Virus record (IMG/VR): IMGVR_UViG_3300024283_000010
Coordinates: 1-64,000 of that record
Source: a virus
Taxonomy: Duplodnaviria > Caudoviricetes
Reading direction: 5' to 3' (one strand)
Length of the DNA stretch: 64,000 nt
The notes under the pieces were generated by a model, which was not told where the DNA came from, ran no database searches, and worked only from the letters and a program-made list of their open reading frames with translations. How positions within the stretch are numbered: position 1 is the first letter of the stretch; every line of letters starts with the position of its first letter. Positions 30,030-39,895 of the stretch are shown here, in pieces. A program made the translations under genes and the position numbers.

Positions 30030-30242
30030 ATGAATAGATGCGAAGATTGCGGATGTGCTGTTTATAACGGACATTGCGTAAATTGTCACGAAGAAACATT
30101 TATTGCCGAACAACATTTTGAATTAGGCACATGGAATGCTTGCAGCGAAGAATTTAAAAATAAGGTTGCTGAGCAATCCAACCATCCTACAAACATTGAA
30201 TTGCCTAAAAGACAAGATGATTTATTTAATCCATTATCCTAA
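30030..30242 (+). CDS. Small Cys-rich protein
   Basis: CEDCGC...HCVNC. Confidence 0.5.
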   Translation: MNRCEDCGCAVYNGHCVNCHEETFIAEQHFELGTWNACSEEFKNKVAEQSNHPTNIELPKRQDDLFNPLS

Positions 30243-30290
30243 CACCCCCTTTCACCCCCGGTCAGCAAGTGAGGGGAAAATTAAAGAGAT

Positions 30291-30563
30291 ATGACACATA
30301 TACACATAAGCCGAATGGGCGAAAAAGAGTTGGTAAACGAGAAATGGGTAATGTATCTAAACGAAAAATTAATTGCCGTAATAGATTCTTATACTTATTT
30401 AACAAGACCTTCAAAGCGTCACGGTTGGAAAATTGAAAAACAGTATGAACGAATATTTGGCAGGAATAGCACTATTAAAATACACGATGTGCCTTTTGAT
30501 GAAAATGTTATATCGGAAGTTAAGGCTAAAATAATCGACTTAATTCAAATAAAAGCATCATGA
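30291..30563 (+). CDS. Hypothetical protein
   Basis: 90-aa ORF. Confidence 0.5.
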   Translation: MTHIHISRMGEKELVNEKWVMYLNEKLIAVIDSYTYLTRPSKRHGWKIEKQYERIFGRNSTIKIHDVPFDENVISEVKAKIIDLIQIKAS

Positions 30564-30612
30564 ACCTCCCCACCCTCCAACAACTTGAATCAGGCTTAAA
30601 TCTGTAAGTAAT

Positions 30613-31359
30613 ATGAAAATTGATTATAATAAATATGTTAATTCTAAAATAGGGAACATTACAATACTTAGCGTTTATTATAAAGAATTTGCTAAAAATA
30701 AAGATAGCCTGACGCCCTATCTGGTTTGTGTATGTGATTGTGGTGTTCAATTTGAAAGATTAGCTTATGACTTCTTTGGAAAAAGGCAAAAGAAACGTGG
30801 ATACAAATGCAAAAAATGCCAATTAGCAGATTTCCCAAAAATGCAACCTATTATTATTAATTATAAATCAGTAAAAGAAATGTTTTATTATGAAGATGGT
30901 CATTTATTTTGGACTGAAAAATATATTTCTTTTAAAAAAGACAAGAAAGCAAGTAGATTAAAGGCAGTTGGTAATGAAACGACAAAACGCAATTTTGTGA
31001 TTATAAATAGAAATCATCATTTACAATCAAGGCTTATTTTCCTTTGGCATTATGGTTGGCTACCTAGAATGGTTGACCATGAGGATAGGGATGCTACAAA
31101 TGATAGGATTGAAAATCTAAGAGCGGCAACACCCGGTCAAAATAGTTATAACAAAGATGGCAAAAAAGGTAAAAGCTCTAAATTTAAAGGCGTTTCTAAA
31201 AGATCAAAATACAATGATTTTGCAGCGGCAATTATGTTAAACAAGAAAAGTATTCATCTTGGTTATTTTAAAGATGAAGCAAAGGCTGCACTTGCCTATA
31301 ATAAAGCAGCTGTTAGATTATTTGGAGAATTTGCTTTTTTAAATATTATAACAAGATGA
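30613..31359 (+). CDS. HNH-AP2 homing endonuclease
   Basis: 'VDHEDRDATNDRIENLR' HNH plus 'SSKFKGVS...HLGYF.DE..AA.AYNKAA..LFGEFA.LN' AP2 domain. Confidence 0.88.
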   Translation: MKIDYNKYVNSKIGNITILSVYYKEFAKNKDSLTPYLVCVCDCGVQFERLAYDFFGKRQKKRGYKCKKCQLADFPKMQPIIINYKSVKEMFYYEDGHLFWTEKYISFKKDKKASRLKAVGNETTKRNFVIINRNHHLQSRLIFLWHYGWLPRMVDHEDRDATNDRIENLRAATPGQNSYNKDGKKGKSSKFKGVSKRSKYNDFAAAIMLNKKSIHLGYFKDEAKAALAYNKAAVRLFGEFAFLNIITR

Positions 31360-31524
31360 ACTTACTAAAATTATTGCATGAGTTAGAAATTGGTCATACC
31401 AGCGCTGCACAGGCAGAGCAGCAAATAAGGGATAAGATTGAATACCTGAAAAGCATTGACAAGTATGATGATAGGTGGCGTAAGGCTATTGACCAACTTA
31501 AAATAGCTTTGGGATTGGCTGAAA

Positions 31525-32163
31525 TTAAAAAATAACAATCTGCCCTTTTTCACCCCACAGTTTAATTGCTCTCACATCCCAAACATAGCCATCATCCACG
31601 CCTGAACTATCCATTAAGGCTTTGCAGAAGTTATCGACGTCCGGCCTTTGTTTATGAGGTTGATGCAGGTTAACCTCTATTTTATTTTTATTCCAGTATT
31701 TAGGCATGGGTACAATAAAGACCACACGAAGCGTTTCTGACAGTTTAAAGCCATTTTGCTGTGCTAACCATGTAAAGGTACGTTTAAAGGTAAAATAACG
31801 TGTTACAGCGGCTCTTTGACGCTTATTAGGGTCAATATGCTCCGGGTCAAGGAAGATAGCATCCCTACGGGTCATTCTTGGCGCAGGACAGGGGTTAATA
31901 TCAAAGGAATATTTAATCTTCACTAATTCACCATTCGGTAACTTAAACGATTCTTTAGTCTCCATAAAAATCATTCCTGTGTTGTTATAAACATCAAACA
32001 TCTTTTGAGCATCCATACCCTGCTTGCCAAACATCATATCAGGTTCAATCTTTTCCACATCTTTAGGTTTAGCTACTAAAGAACTGGCTTTAACAAAGCC
32101 TTTATCTGTTTCTATTAAGCCTAACTTTTTGAGTTGTTCGGAAGAATATTGTACTCTGGACAT
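31525..32163 (-). CDS. rusA: RusA-like Holliday junction resolvase
   Basis: 'PAPRMTR', 'RPDVDNFCKALMDS..VDD..VW....K.W' with conserved Asp residues. Confidence 0.8.
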   Translation of the reverse strand: MSRVQYSSEQLKKLGLIETDKGFVKASSLVAKPKDVEKIEPDMMFGKQGMDAQKMFDVYNNTGMIFMETKESFKLPNGELVKIKYSFDINPCPAPRMTRRDAIFLDPEHIDPNKRQRAAVTRYFTFKRTFTWLAQQNGFKLSETLRVVFIVPMPKYWNKNKIEVNLHQPHKQRPDVDNFCKALMDSSGVDDGYVWDVRAIKLWGEKGQIVIF

Positions 32164-32226
32164 AGTTTATCTATTTTAACTTTTAAATTAATCAATTAGG
32201 GAACATACAATAGGGTTATTATAATA

Positions 32227-33141
32227 CTACCAATGAGGTGAATTATAGTAGTGACCCCTCGAAACTTTATAAAAAGGCTCAAAGTAAACACTATTTGCCC
32301 TTAAAAAATAATAATCGCCTGTTTTCTTGTCGTAGCGTGCGTTATGCTTACCCTGTTGCTTATAGCTATTGTACTGATCGGGGCTTATACTCACCCTGTT
32401 TGATGTAAGGGTTAAACCAAAAGCTTTAAGCTGCTTTGCGAGTGTATAAGCATGGGAGATACTAATGCTGAGTAACCGGGCTATTTTACGGTACGAAAGT
32501 GTTACAAGTTCATTTATTTGTAAAGAGGATAAGTTAAGGCTGTCACAAGCACCACGCCCTTTATTCATGGTTGACAACTTATAACCTATGGCTCTCTTTT
32601 GTTGTTTGATATTCTGTTTTAAAACGGCTAACTGGTAGAAAGGTGCAATATCACAAGCCTTTACCTCGGTGTAGTCACTGGCACGTTTTAAATGGTGTTC
32701 CTGTGACTTGCTGATTAACCGCAGGTGGTTGCCCTCGTAGAAGGCTAAATGGTACGATATAGCGCAGTTTAATAATTCTCTGAATCTTTTATCGGTGTAG
32801 CCGGAAAGTTGGCGTATAGCGTTCCTATTGGTTTTAAAATTAAGGATTATGGGATGGTGAACTAGTGAAGCTAACTTTTTGGCGAATAAGTACGCTTTGG
32901 CATAGTCACTGCCGTAGCTGTGAACCTTGTTACAAACCTTTTCGCTTAAACTTACAAATCCTTTCATTATGGCACAATAAAAAACGCACCAAGCAGGCAT
33001 ATTGGGTAGCTGGCCTGAACTCGATGCGTAATGATTATTGTGTGTAAACTTAAGTTCCTGTTCGAAGCCGCTACCCCTAGCCACTTTTAACATCACAAAG
33101 GTAATATTATTGATATGACTTTTCAAAATTTTATTCATCAT
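32227..33141 (-). CDS. Hypothetical DNA-binding protein
   Basis: 304 aa, basic; HTH-like segments (LSYRKIARLLSISISHAYTL). Confidence 0.5.
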   Translation of the reverse strand: MMNKILKSHINNITFVMLKVARGSGFEQELKFTHNNHYASSSGQLPNMPAWCVFYCAIMKGFVSLSEKVCNKVHSYGSDYAKAYLFAKKLASLVHHPIILNFKTNRNAIRQLSGYTDKRFRELLNCAISYHLAFYEGNHLRLISKSQEHHLKRASDYTEVKACDIAPFYQLAVLKQNIKQQKRAIGYKLSTMNKGRGACDSLNLSSLQINELVTLSYRKIARLLSISISHAYTLAKQLKAFGLTLTSNRVSISPDQYNSYKQQGKHNARYDKKTGDYYFLRANSVYFEPFYKVSRGHYYNSPHW

Positions 33142-33325
33142 TCCATCGTCTGAAAGCCTGCTTAATATTTTTCTTATAGTTTATAGCTACTTTTTTAGTG
33201 CCTTTACGGTTACGCCAGTAGTTATTAGCCCACGTTTCAATAAAATCAGAATGTATCCACTTACCTGATTTAGTGTTCAGATACCACTTCGGACTTTTTT
33301 GCACTATGTGGTCTGGTAGTTCCAC
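33131..33325 (-). CDS. Hypothetical protein
   Basis: 64-aa basic ORF. Confidence 0.45.
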   Translation of the reverse strand: MELPDHIVQKSPKWYLNTKSGKWIHSDFIETWANNYWRNRKGTKKVAINYKKNIKQAFRRWNDE

Positions 33326-33524
33326 GATCTTTTCCTAATTTTTCAAAAACCCTGTTATAAGCTTCAAATCTTTTGTTCTTACTATAGTCAGGTACGCCTG
33401 CTAACTTTTGTAAAAAACTTATATCTATTGTCTCAGGTTCAGTATCCCGGTAGCTATAAGCTAACCAAAGGGCGTAGGTGTCGCTGTTATATTCTTTCAA
33501 CGGACACGTTCTATTTGATTCCAT
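33270..33524 (-). CDS. Hypothetical protein
   Basis: 84-aa ORF. Confidence 0.4.
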   Translation of the reverse strand: MESNRTCPLKEYNSDTYALWLAYSYRDTEPETIDISFLQKLAGVPDYSKNKRFEAYNRVFEKLGKDRGTTRPHSAKKSEVVSEH

Positions 33525-33856
33525 TTAATACCCCTTCGCCAAAAATTAATCAGATGTTTAGGGTTGTCATCAAACTTTGGCGGGTTAAGGGTTAATTTCC
33601 CCTTCTCACCATATCGGGTTGATTCCGTTACTTCCGGGGCAACGTATGCTTTCTTGAGTAAATTTGATTTCATAATTCCTTAATTTGAAATTCGTTTTTA
33701 ATCATTTGCAGGCAATAATTATATGCTTCTACTTCGCCATCCAAATGATTTTTTTCTTCAATATCTTCGCGCCTGCACTTTTTACGTTCGCCTCGTCTCT
33801 TGCTTCCGTTATAAGGCGTTTAACTGCTTCTATATCGTTCATAATGTTTGTTTTTT

Positions 33857-33892
33857 AAAATAGTACCCGCTAAACTCGCTCTAACGGGTACT
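33857..33892 (-). terminator. Intrinsic terminator downstream of the tRNA-like RNA
   Basis: AGTACCCG / CGGGTACT stem with adjacent A-run (U-tract on minus strand). Confidence 0.55.
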
Positions 33893-33929
33893 CCTACTAA
33901 ACTACTGTTAACTACTTGAGAAATAGTTG

Positions 33930-34093
33930 TGGGAAGAGTCAGACTCGAACTGACAACCTCACGTTAAGGCTCTTTTTCGTTTATATGCGTGTGCAACGGT
34001 CGCCCCTTCTTCTATCACACACTCTTTAGGGGCTACGTTATCCCAACGGAAACATACAAACTAAGCGTCTACCTATTTTTTCGCCATCTTCCC
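33930..34093 (-). ncRNA. tRNA-Leu-like RNA (164 nt) with anticodon arm replaced by a long structured insert
   Basis: Acceptor GGGAAGA/TCTTCCC + A73; D-arm GCG..AGGTAGA..CGC; variable arm CCTT/GAGG; T-arm GTCAG-TTCGAGT-CTGAC; no 7-nt anticodon loop. Confidence 0.7.
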
Positions 34094-34185
34094 AATACCG
34101 GAGAGCGCAACCTGAACCGGTGTTCCCTAAGAACAATTTTTCACACATTTTAAATTATGATTAATTGATACGCGCTCTTTTGTCT

Positions 34186-34716
34186 TCATTTCAGAGTAAT
34201 TTTATACCCTGCTGTTTGTGTCTTAACTGGTGGATAAGCCGTGTACATTTCCCCCGTATCTGTGTCTACCAGTGTTGCTGATCCGTTAATTGCTTTTAAA
34301 AAGTTTTGCCTGTCTTTAACTGCCGCATTGGCTTTATCAGCTTCGGCTTGCAACCTGTCTAAAATCGAATCTTTACAAACTGAGAAATCATATTTCGTCC
34401 CAAGTGCCGCCGGTTCAATTTCAGCCCCGTAAATGGTATGCTTTTCGTATTGCTTGCCATAAACATAGTGCTTGCAGTTATTTTCAATGATGGTAAACAA
34501 TTCTAAGCCTTTCTTGGCTAGTATTAAAAGCCTTAAAGCATCATCTGTCCCCTCTGCGACTCCTTGTATGGTTGCATGGGCTAAATCGCTTATATCGCTT
34601 TTATTTAGCTCTAATAGCTTTTGCGTATTAAATGGCATTAGCGATGTTGTCCCGGTGGCTTCTGTTTCCCGTTGTTCCTGTTGCATTTCCATGAATGCTT
34701 CTTTTACTTTGCCCAT
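34186..34716 (-). CDS. Hypothetical phage protein (recombination block)
   Basis: 176 aa, next to the SSB-like gene. Confidence 0.6.
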   Translation of the reverse strand: MGKVKEAFMEMQQEQRETEATGTTSLMPFNTQKLLELNKSDISDLAHATIQGVAEGTDDALRLLILAKKGLELFTIIENNCKHYVYGKQYEKHTIYGAEIEPAALGTKYDFSVCKDSILDRLQAEADKANAAVKDRQNFLKAINGSATLVDTDTGEMYTAYPPVKTQTAGYKITLK

Positions 34717-34727
34717 TGTTTTAGTGG

Positions 34728-34961
34728 TTATGATTTAATTTTTATGTTCGGATTATTCGTTTCAATTACTACCGGGAAGTTATAGGTTAACTGCTCTTTG
34801 TGGCCTGCTTTTTGAATTGCGCAAAAGTTACCTAAACTCTCATTGTAGTAAAAATCATTTAAGGCAATCGGTTTTTGTTCCAGTTTATAATAATACTCCG
34901 GTTCTCCTTCCGATTGCCTGAATGTGACCATTTTAAAAGGGAATATCGCTTTCCGGCTCAT
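34728..34961 (-). CDS. Hypothetical protein
   Basis: 77-aa ORF overlapping the end of the SSB-like gene. Confidence 0.35.
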   Translation of the reverse strand: MSRKAIFPFKMVTFRQSEGEPEYYYKLEQKPIALNDFYYNESLGNFCAIQKAGHKEQLTYNFPVVIETNNPNIKIKS

Positions 34962-35514
34962 CTACTGCATCAAATTCATCCGGCAATCCATCAGCCCTAT
35001 GTGATACTGGTGTACTGGGTGCTTTAAATGGATCGTCGTTTGTAAATAATGCCTGTAGGTTTATCGGAGTTGCCGCTAATAGTTCAGTTATTTTTGGATG
35101 TACTGGCTTTGGCGGCGAAGGCACAACGGTGTATTTTGTGTCTGCCTTAGTTGAACCTGTTTTAGTTACGGTAATGTCGTAGCCAAACGGGTCACCCCAA
35201 TCCTCATTGCTTGCCAATGCTTTAATAGAGCCTTGCACGCCCAATTGCGTAATTTGAAGGATACTGATCTTTTTGGCTACGTAATCCCAAACTACCATAG
35301 CCCAAAAGTGTTTAATGTCCTGTTTCGGGTCAATTGGCGCGGAAGGCTTTTTATCCATAGTGAAGCGGATAGGTTTGCCGTCTTTCCAATCTTCCCACCC
35401 AATAATAGGTTTTGATAAGATACGAAACTTGTTTTCTCCGGTCTTGAATTTTAAGTAGCTACTGTCGCCTTTAGGTACGGTGTAATCCGCAGGCAGAAAT
35501 GCATCTGTTGACAT
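34933..35514 (-). CDS. Single-stranded DNA-binding protein-like (gp32-type)
   Basis: 'YLKFK.GENKFRIL', 'GYDITVTKTG...TKY.V.P', acidic tail ending DEPESDIPF. Confidence 0.6.
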   Translation of the reverse strand: MSTDAFLPADYTVPKGDSSYLKFKTGENKFRILSKPIIGWEDWKDGKPIRFTMDKKPSAPIDPKQDIKHFWAMVVWDYVAKKISILQITQLGVQGSIKALASNEDWGDPFGYDITVTKTGSTKADTKYTVVPSPPKPVHPKITELLAATPINLQALFTNDDPFKAPSTPVSHRADGLPDEFDAVDEPESDIPF

Positions 35515-35532
35515 GGTTTTTAAATTTAATTG

Positions 35533-36111
35533 TTAATGATTATTTATTTTTACATTCTTCCAAGTTCTTCCTTGTGATATTGTCGCTATCAATTGTTTTG
35601 AAATTCCGAATATAGTTGCTATTCTTTTGTACGAATATTTTGCGTTAAGCATTAGTTTTATATGATAAACATCGTATTCATTTAGTTTACTGTTACCGTT
35701 ATTAGAGCCTGATTGGTTTGGCATAAGACCCATACGCGAAGCATGTTCCATATTTTGTTTATGGGTAACCCATTCTAAATTCCAATCATTATTATTAGTT
35801 TTATCGCCATCATTATGATTAACTTCAGGTAGATTTAATGGATTAGGAATAAAATGAGTAGCTACTAAAACATGCACGCGCAAGTGTTTTCCATTAATAT
35901 TAACATATGGATACCCATCAAAACTAAGCCATCCTTTTAGGATTTTCTCATTATTATGAATTGGGACATGGCTCATAAATTTAATATTTCTGATAACCCT
36001 ATTACCAATACAGCTTTTTACCCGGCCTTTATTACTTACTTGGTATGAATTATCGCCTTCGATAATATTATCCCACATCTCTAATGTGTCTAAATCTAAC
36101 TTAGCTTGCAT
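35533..36111 (-). CDS. NUMOD4-HNH homing endonuclease
   Basis: 'YQVSNKGRVKS' (NUMOD4); 'VHVLVA.HFIPNP.NLPEVNH.DG.KTNN...NLEWVT..QN..HA'; ATG 36111 preferred. Confidence 0.88.
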   Translation of the reverse strand: MQAKLDLDTLEMWDNIIEGDNSYQVSNKGRVKSCIGNRVIRNIKFMSHVPIHNNEKILKGWLSFDGYPYVNINGKHLRVHVLVATHFIPNPLNLPEVNHNDGDKTNNNDWNLEWVTHKQNMEHASRMGLMPNQSGSNNGNSKLNEYDVYHIKLMLNAKYSYKRIATIFGISKQLIATISQGRTWKNVKINNH

Positions 36112-36575
36112 GGTTAATTTACGGTGTAACGAGGGTACAATCATGCCCGCAGAAAGAGCAGTAGGTTTGAAAACCTTCTGAATAAGTATCAGAGCCGCAA
36201 CAATCGCTCTTACTGTGTGCCTCACTGAAAGAGATGTTAAAGGCGTCTTCCTGTTTTAATCCTGCGCCAACTAATTGAGCGTGGGCAAATACTTTGGTGA
36301 GTTGATCGTTTAATAGTTGATTGTGGGTTAACGGTTTCATGGTGGTTTTTGGTTTTAAATTTCGTTAAGATAATCGTACCCGTTTTCTAATTTTTCTAAA
36401 GCGTCTTCTAATTCAGTTTCCGCATCAGATAAAGCCGGATAATTATCATCTAAAGGATTCGTTGCGTTTACATGCTCTGAAATTTCATCTTTCAGGTTTT
36501 TAATCTTTCCTGTTAAAGTGTCTAATCGCTCATGATTTGGTGTACAGGTCGTGGTTTCATGTGGTTATGGTTTAA

Positions 36576-36791
36576 TTAATTTATAAAATCGTCTATAGGT
36601 CTACCGAGCCATTTACAAACCTTTACTAAATTATCTAATTCAGTCGGTTTAAAGTTTAGTATACGGGACAAAGTAGCTTTACTTAATCCCATTTGTTCAG
36701 CGAAATAAGTATCTGAAAACTTCTTTTTTTCTTCTGCCATAATGGTAAACATTTTATCTCTTATGGCCTGTACAATTAATTCCTTATTCAT
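36576..36791 (-). CDS. XRE-family HTH regulator
   Basis: 'FAEQMGLSKATLSRILN' and 'LVKVCKWLG.PIDDF'. Confidence 0.8.
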   Translation of the reverse strand: MNKELIVQAIRDKMFTIMAEEKKKFSDTYFAEQMGLSKATLSRILNFKPTELDNLVKVCKWLGRPIDDFIN

Positions 36792-36796
36792 ACAAT

Positions 36797-36827
36797 CAAA
36801 TATACAAAGTATTTTCAGTAAAACAAA
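36797..36827 (-). promoter_or_regulatory. Bacteroidota sigmaA-type promoter
   Basis: TTTG - 19 nt - TATATTTG directly upstream of the XRE gene. Confidence 0.6.
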
Positions 36828-37414
36828 TATTTCACGTATTATTTTTCTTCACTCTTAAAACAGATCGACCGCTGCACTATAAACCTGTCATTTAATAATT
36901 CCTCTAAACGGTTCGCAAACGCAAAAAGTTCAGTGAACTTCTGAGTATAGGTATTCCCTGTCATACTCATGTAGGTGATATAATGGGTCATGGCTGATAT
37001 ATTAGATAAGTTTTAAATTAGGGTTTAACTTTAATAACCGTTCGGTTTCTTCTTCCCATTCTTTAAGATATTTAGCTAATTTTTCTTCTTTGCCTTTCTC
37101 GAACCATGATCCCCCTAACCATGGAAATATTCTACGTTCATTATCATTCAGGCAACTAAATGTTTTGCCTACCATTCTGTTTTTTGTTTGGAGTTTTTGA
37201 ACTCTTATTTGTCGGTGGTGTTTCATATTATCTAACTGGTTTGTAATCGCAGCTATCCCCAAACCGGGATTTAAGGATAGCTATGTTAGTGTTACTGTCT
37301 AATAGTTTGCCGGTGTATTTACTGATAGCGTTCCAGTAAAGTATTTTAGATGTTTTACGCTCCTTAAGTCCGACTATATGAGCGTAGGTATCCATTTTCG
37401 TCTTCACGGTATCT

Positions 37415-37813
37415 TTATTTATCAGTTAAACAGTAGTCCACATTTTTATGACCTTCCTTTACAACTACATCGGTCAGCTCATTTTTAGGGCTGTAAAAGA
37501 GAACACATTTTAGTGCCTTCAGTAAGCCTTTCTTTGTCTCGGTGATACAGACATATTCCACAGCATAAAATCCTTCATCCTGCGGCTCATCAGAGCCTTT
37601 AGAAACGATTTGATAATACTTTGGTTGAGGTGCTTCTTTATCAATGGTAATTGTCTTGCTGTTTATGTCTACAGTACCACCTTCGTATTTAATAGTTTTA
37701 CTGCTGATCGCTTCGCCTTTAAAGTGGCTTGTCTCGATCTTGACATATTGTTTAGTTTGTGCCTGTACTGTGGTTACAAGAAACAAGGCACTGATTAGGA
37801 TTAATTTTTTCAT
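37415..37813 (-). CDS. Secreted protein
   Basis: Signal peptide MKKLILISALFLVTTVQA-Q. Confidence 0.65.
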   Translation of the reverse strand: MKKLILISALFLVTTVQAQTKQYVKIETSHFKGEAISSKTIKYEGGTVDINSKTITIDKEAPQPKYYQIVSKGSDEPQDEGFYAVEYVCITETKKGLLKALKCVLFYSPKNELTDVVVKEGHKNVDYCLTDK

Positions 37814-37934
37814 TGTGGTTATTTTTTTAGTGGTTAATTAAGCCAGTGATAAAACACTGTATTGTTAATGATAAAACATTGATATTGGTAGCGCACGCCA
37901 AATGCGTAGTGGCTGCGTGTTTGTGGTGCTGAGG

Positions 37935-38198
37935 TCATGATGCTATCTCCTTAGCTATAAAATTACGTGCTTTCGTAAGTTGGGTAATAGCATAATCTAT
38001 ATCAGTAATACATGAATCAAAATCACTTTCTTCTGGTCGGTACTTGCCATATAGATTATTATTAAAGGTGTTTACTATTATAGCACTTAACGGGTCAGTG
38101 TTAGCATCAAATTTATCTCTCAATACTTCATTGCATATTTTATCAATGGCAGTTTGGCCCATATCCTGAGTTTTTAAAATATTTTCTAACGTTATCAT
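37935..38198 (-). CDS. Hypothetical protein
   Basis: 87-aa ORF. Confidence 0.5.
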   Translation of the reverse strand: MITLENILKTQDMGQTAIDKICNEVLRDKFDANTDPLSAIIVNTFNNNLYGKYRPEESDFDSCITDIDYAITQLTKARNFIAKEIAS

Positions 38199-38451
38199 TT
38201 TACTCTTTCCTTTCCAAGTTTAAACAGGTTAAACATATCTTCTAATTCTTTAGACCAGTTCACTTTAGAACTGATAACGGCTAAACTCACTATGAGTATA
38301 AAGCCTAAAATGTAATAAGATAAATACATGGTCATTAATTTTTAATTGAGAGACATTTCTCACCGCCTAATCCCCGAACCATGAATTAACATAGTGTCGG
38401 GGCTGGCGGTTGCTACTGGGGAATGACCAGTAACCCGGTAGTTAGTTCAGA

Positions 38452-38778
38452 TTAGTTCATAAATTCGAGCATCATTTTGTTTAGTGCCTTATAATCAAGC
38501 CTTGTGCCGTTGAATTTAATACCATCTGGTGTATTGGTATCTTCCAAGCCTGACCAGCGTATAAAACCCATATATGTTGGTCTTTTTGACTTGCTTAAAT
38601 ATTCAACAGCGCTCATATAAAGCCCTTCGTCATTGTTAATCCAAAGGGCTACATTCCAAGTTTGGTAGTTTTTCCATCCTTGATAAGTTTCACGGATTGG
38701 CTTAGTTTGAAACGGTACAGTGTTTAACACTTCGTTTGTTTCGTGGTTAATGGTTGTTGTTTTCATGTTTTTGGTCAT
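38452..38778 (-). CDS. Conserved phage early protein
   Basis: 'GWKNYQTWNVALWINNDEGLY' motif common in phage early regions. Confidence 0.65.
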   Translation of the reverse strand: MTKNMKTTTINHETNEVLNTVPFQTKPIRETYQGWKNYQTWNVALWINNDEGLYMSAVEYLSKSKRPTYMGFIRWSGLEDTNTPDGIKFNGTRLDYKALNKMMLEFMN

Positions 38779-38941
38779 TATTAAAATAGGTGGTGAAATT
38801 GGGTTAGTTTAAATATACGGTAAAGCGTATTGAATGTGCAAAGTAGTATACCGTGTATGTTTCGGTACTATCTCCCCAATACTGAACTGTTGTTTTTGTT
38901 GAATTTTTCATAACTGGTCATTATTTAATATTTGTTTTACG

Positions 38942-39160
38942 TTATTGGTTACTTAATTGTTTCAGTCTTTCTGTTAAGGCTTCGCACTGTTGCCAAAGGT
39001 CTAAATAGCTGATACCCTTTTGTCCCATTGCTTCTAAGTTGCGCTCTATGAAGTTCTTTACACTCCTGTCTTCCTTCAGTGCCATTGCGTTAATAGCTTT
39101 AACTCCTGATTCTGTTATGTCTATGTTTTTTCTCATAATCTTATTGTCTTTTACCGGCAA
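38942..39160 (-). CDS. Ribbon-helix-helix-like regulator
   Basis: 'RKNIDITESGVKAINAMA....RSVKNFIER' strand-helix-helix pattern. Confidence 0.55.
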   Translation of the reverse strand: MPVKDNKIMRKNIDITESGVKAINAMALKEDRSVKNFIERNLEAMGQKGISYLDLWQQCEALTERLKQLSNQ

Positions 39161-39213
39161 ATCCGCATGCCTTGTGAGCTATGCGGTGCCGGACTGCTAA
39201 GACTTAGCAGAAC

Positions 39214-39498
39214 TTATACAGTTTCTTTTTGTGATTTAATATATTCAAATCCCTTGTTAAAAATAACATTAGCTATTTTATCAGAACAAAATATCTTACA
39301 TTCTGGGCCATAATAAAATGCACTTGATCCGATTGCGTATGATATTGTAAGAGGCATTTTATATATAACATCATTTTCAATAGATGAAAAAGCTAATTTA
39401 GCGCATTGTTCATTCGTTAATGATGATAGAAAGCTATCTACTATAATTTTAGCTTCCATTGCATTAGTTGCGGTGTTGTTTGAGATTAAAGTTTTCAT
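39214..39498 (-). CDS. Hypothetical protein
   Basis: 94-aa AT-rich ORF heading the leftward early run. Confidence 0.5.
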   Translation of the reverse strand: MKTLISNNTATNAMEAKIIVDSFLSSLTNEQCAKLAFSSIENDVIYKMPLTISYAIGSSAFYYGPECKIFCSDKIANVIFNKGFEYIKSQKETV

Positions 39499-39539
39499 TT
39501 TTGCTAAGTTTTAATATTTGTACGTTTGATTATGTATAT

Positions 39540-39554
39540 ACAATAAGTGTGCCA
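39540..39554 (-). promoter_or_regulatory. Sigma54-like -24/-12 element
   Basis: Minus strand TGGCAC-ACTTA-TTGT versus consensus TGGCAC-N5-TTGC, 41 nt upstream of the 39498 ATG. Confidence 0.4.
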
Positions 39555-39895
39555 AATAGGTATACGTTATGTATAGGCACTTTTACTACTCAACTGGGGA
39601 ATTAAAGTGTGGAATAATATACACAAATTGGGTAAAATATATACCACACCCAAATGGCAATTTCCCCAAATCACTTACCAGGTAACATGCTTTATTGTAA
39701 AATACTTTATAAATTAAATGATAATATAGTCCACTTTATCAATATATCGGTTATTTATGTAAGTGTTTAGTTATGTTTTATAACACACAAATAGAGTTTA
39801 CATCATTATTAGGGAGAGTTTTATTATGTAAGCGTTTATTTACCTTTTAATTCCCTTTAAGATATTATCACTGTTTACCGGTGTGGTTTACCCCT

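Noticed and set aside
33960-34060. Group I intron or self-cleaving ribozyme inside the tRNA-like RNA
   Set aside because: About 80 extra nt is too short for a group I core, and I could not see hammerhead, pistol, twister or HDV consensus elements; a covariance search is still needed.
37847-37878. TGATAAAACA direct repeat 22 bp apart
   Set aside because: Only two AT-rich copies; it could be an operator but cannot be told from chance here.
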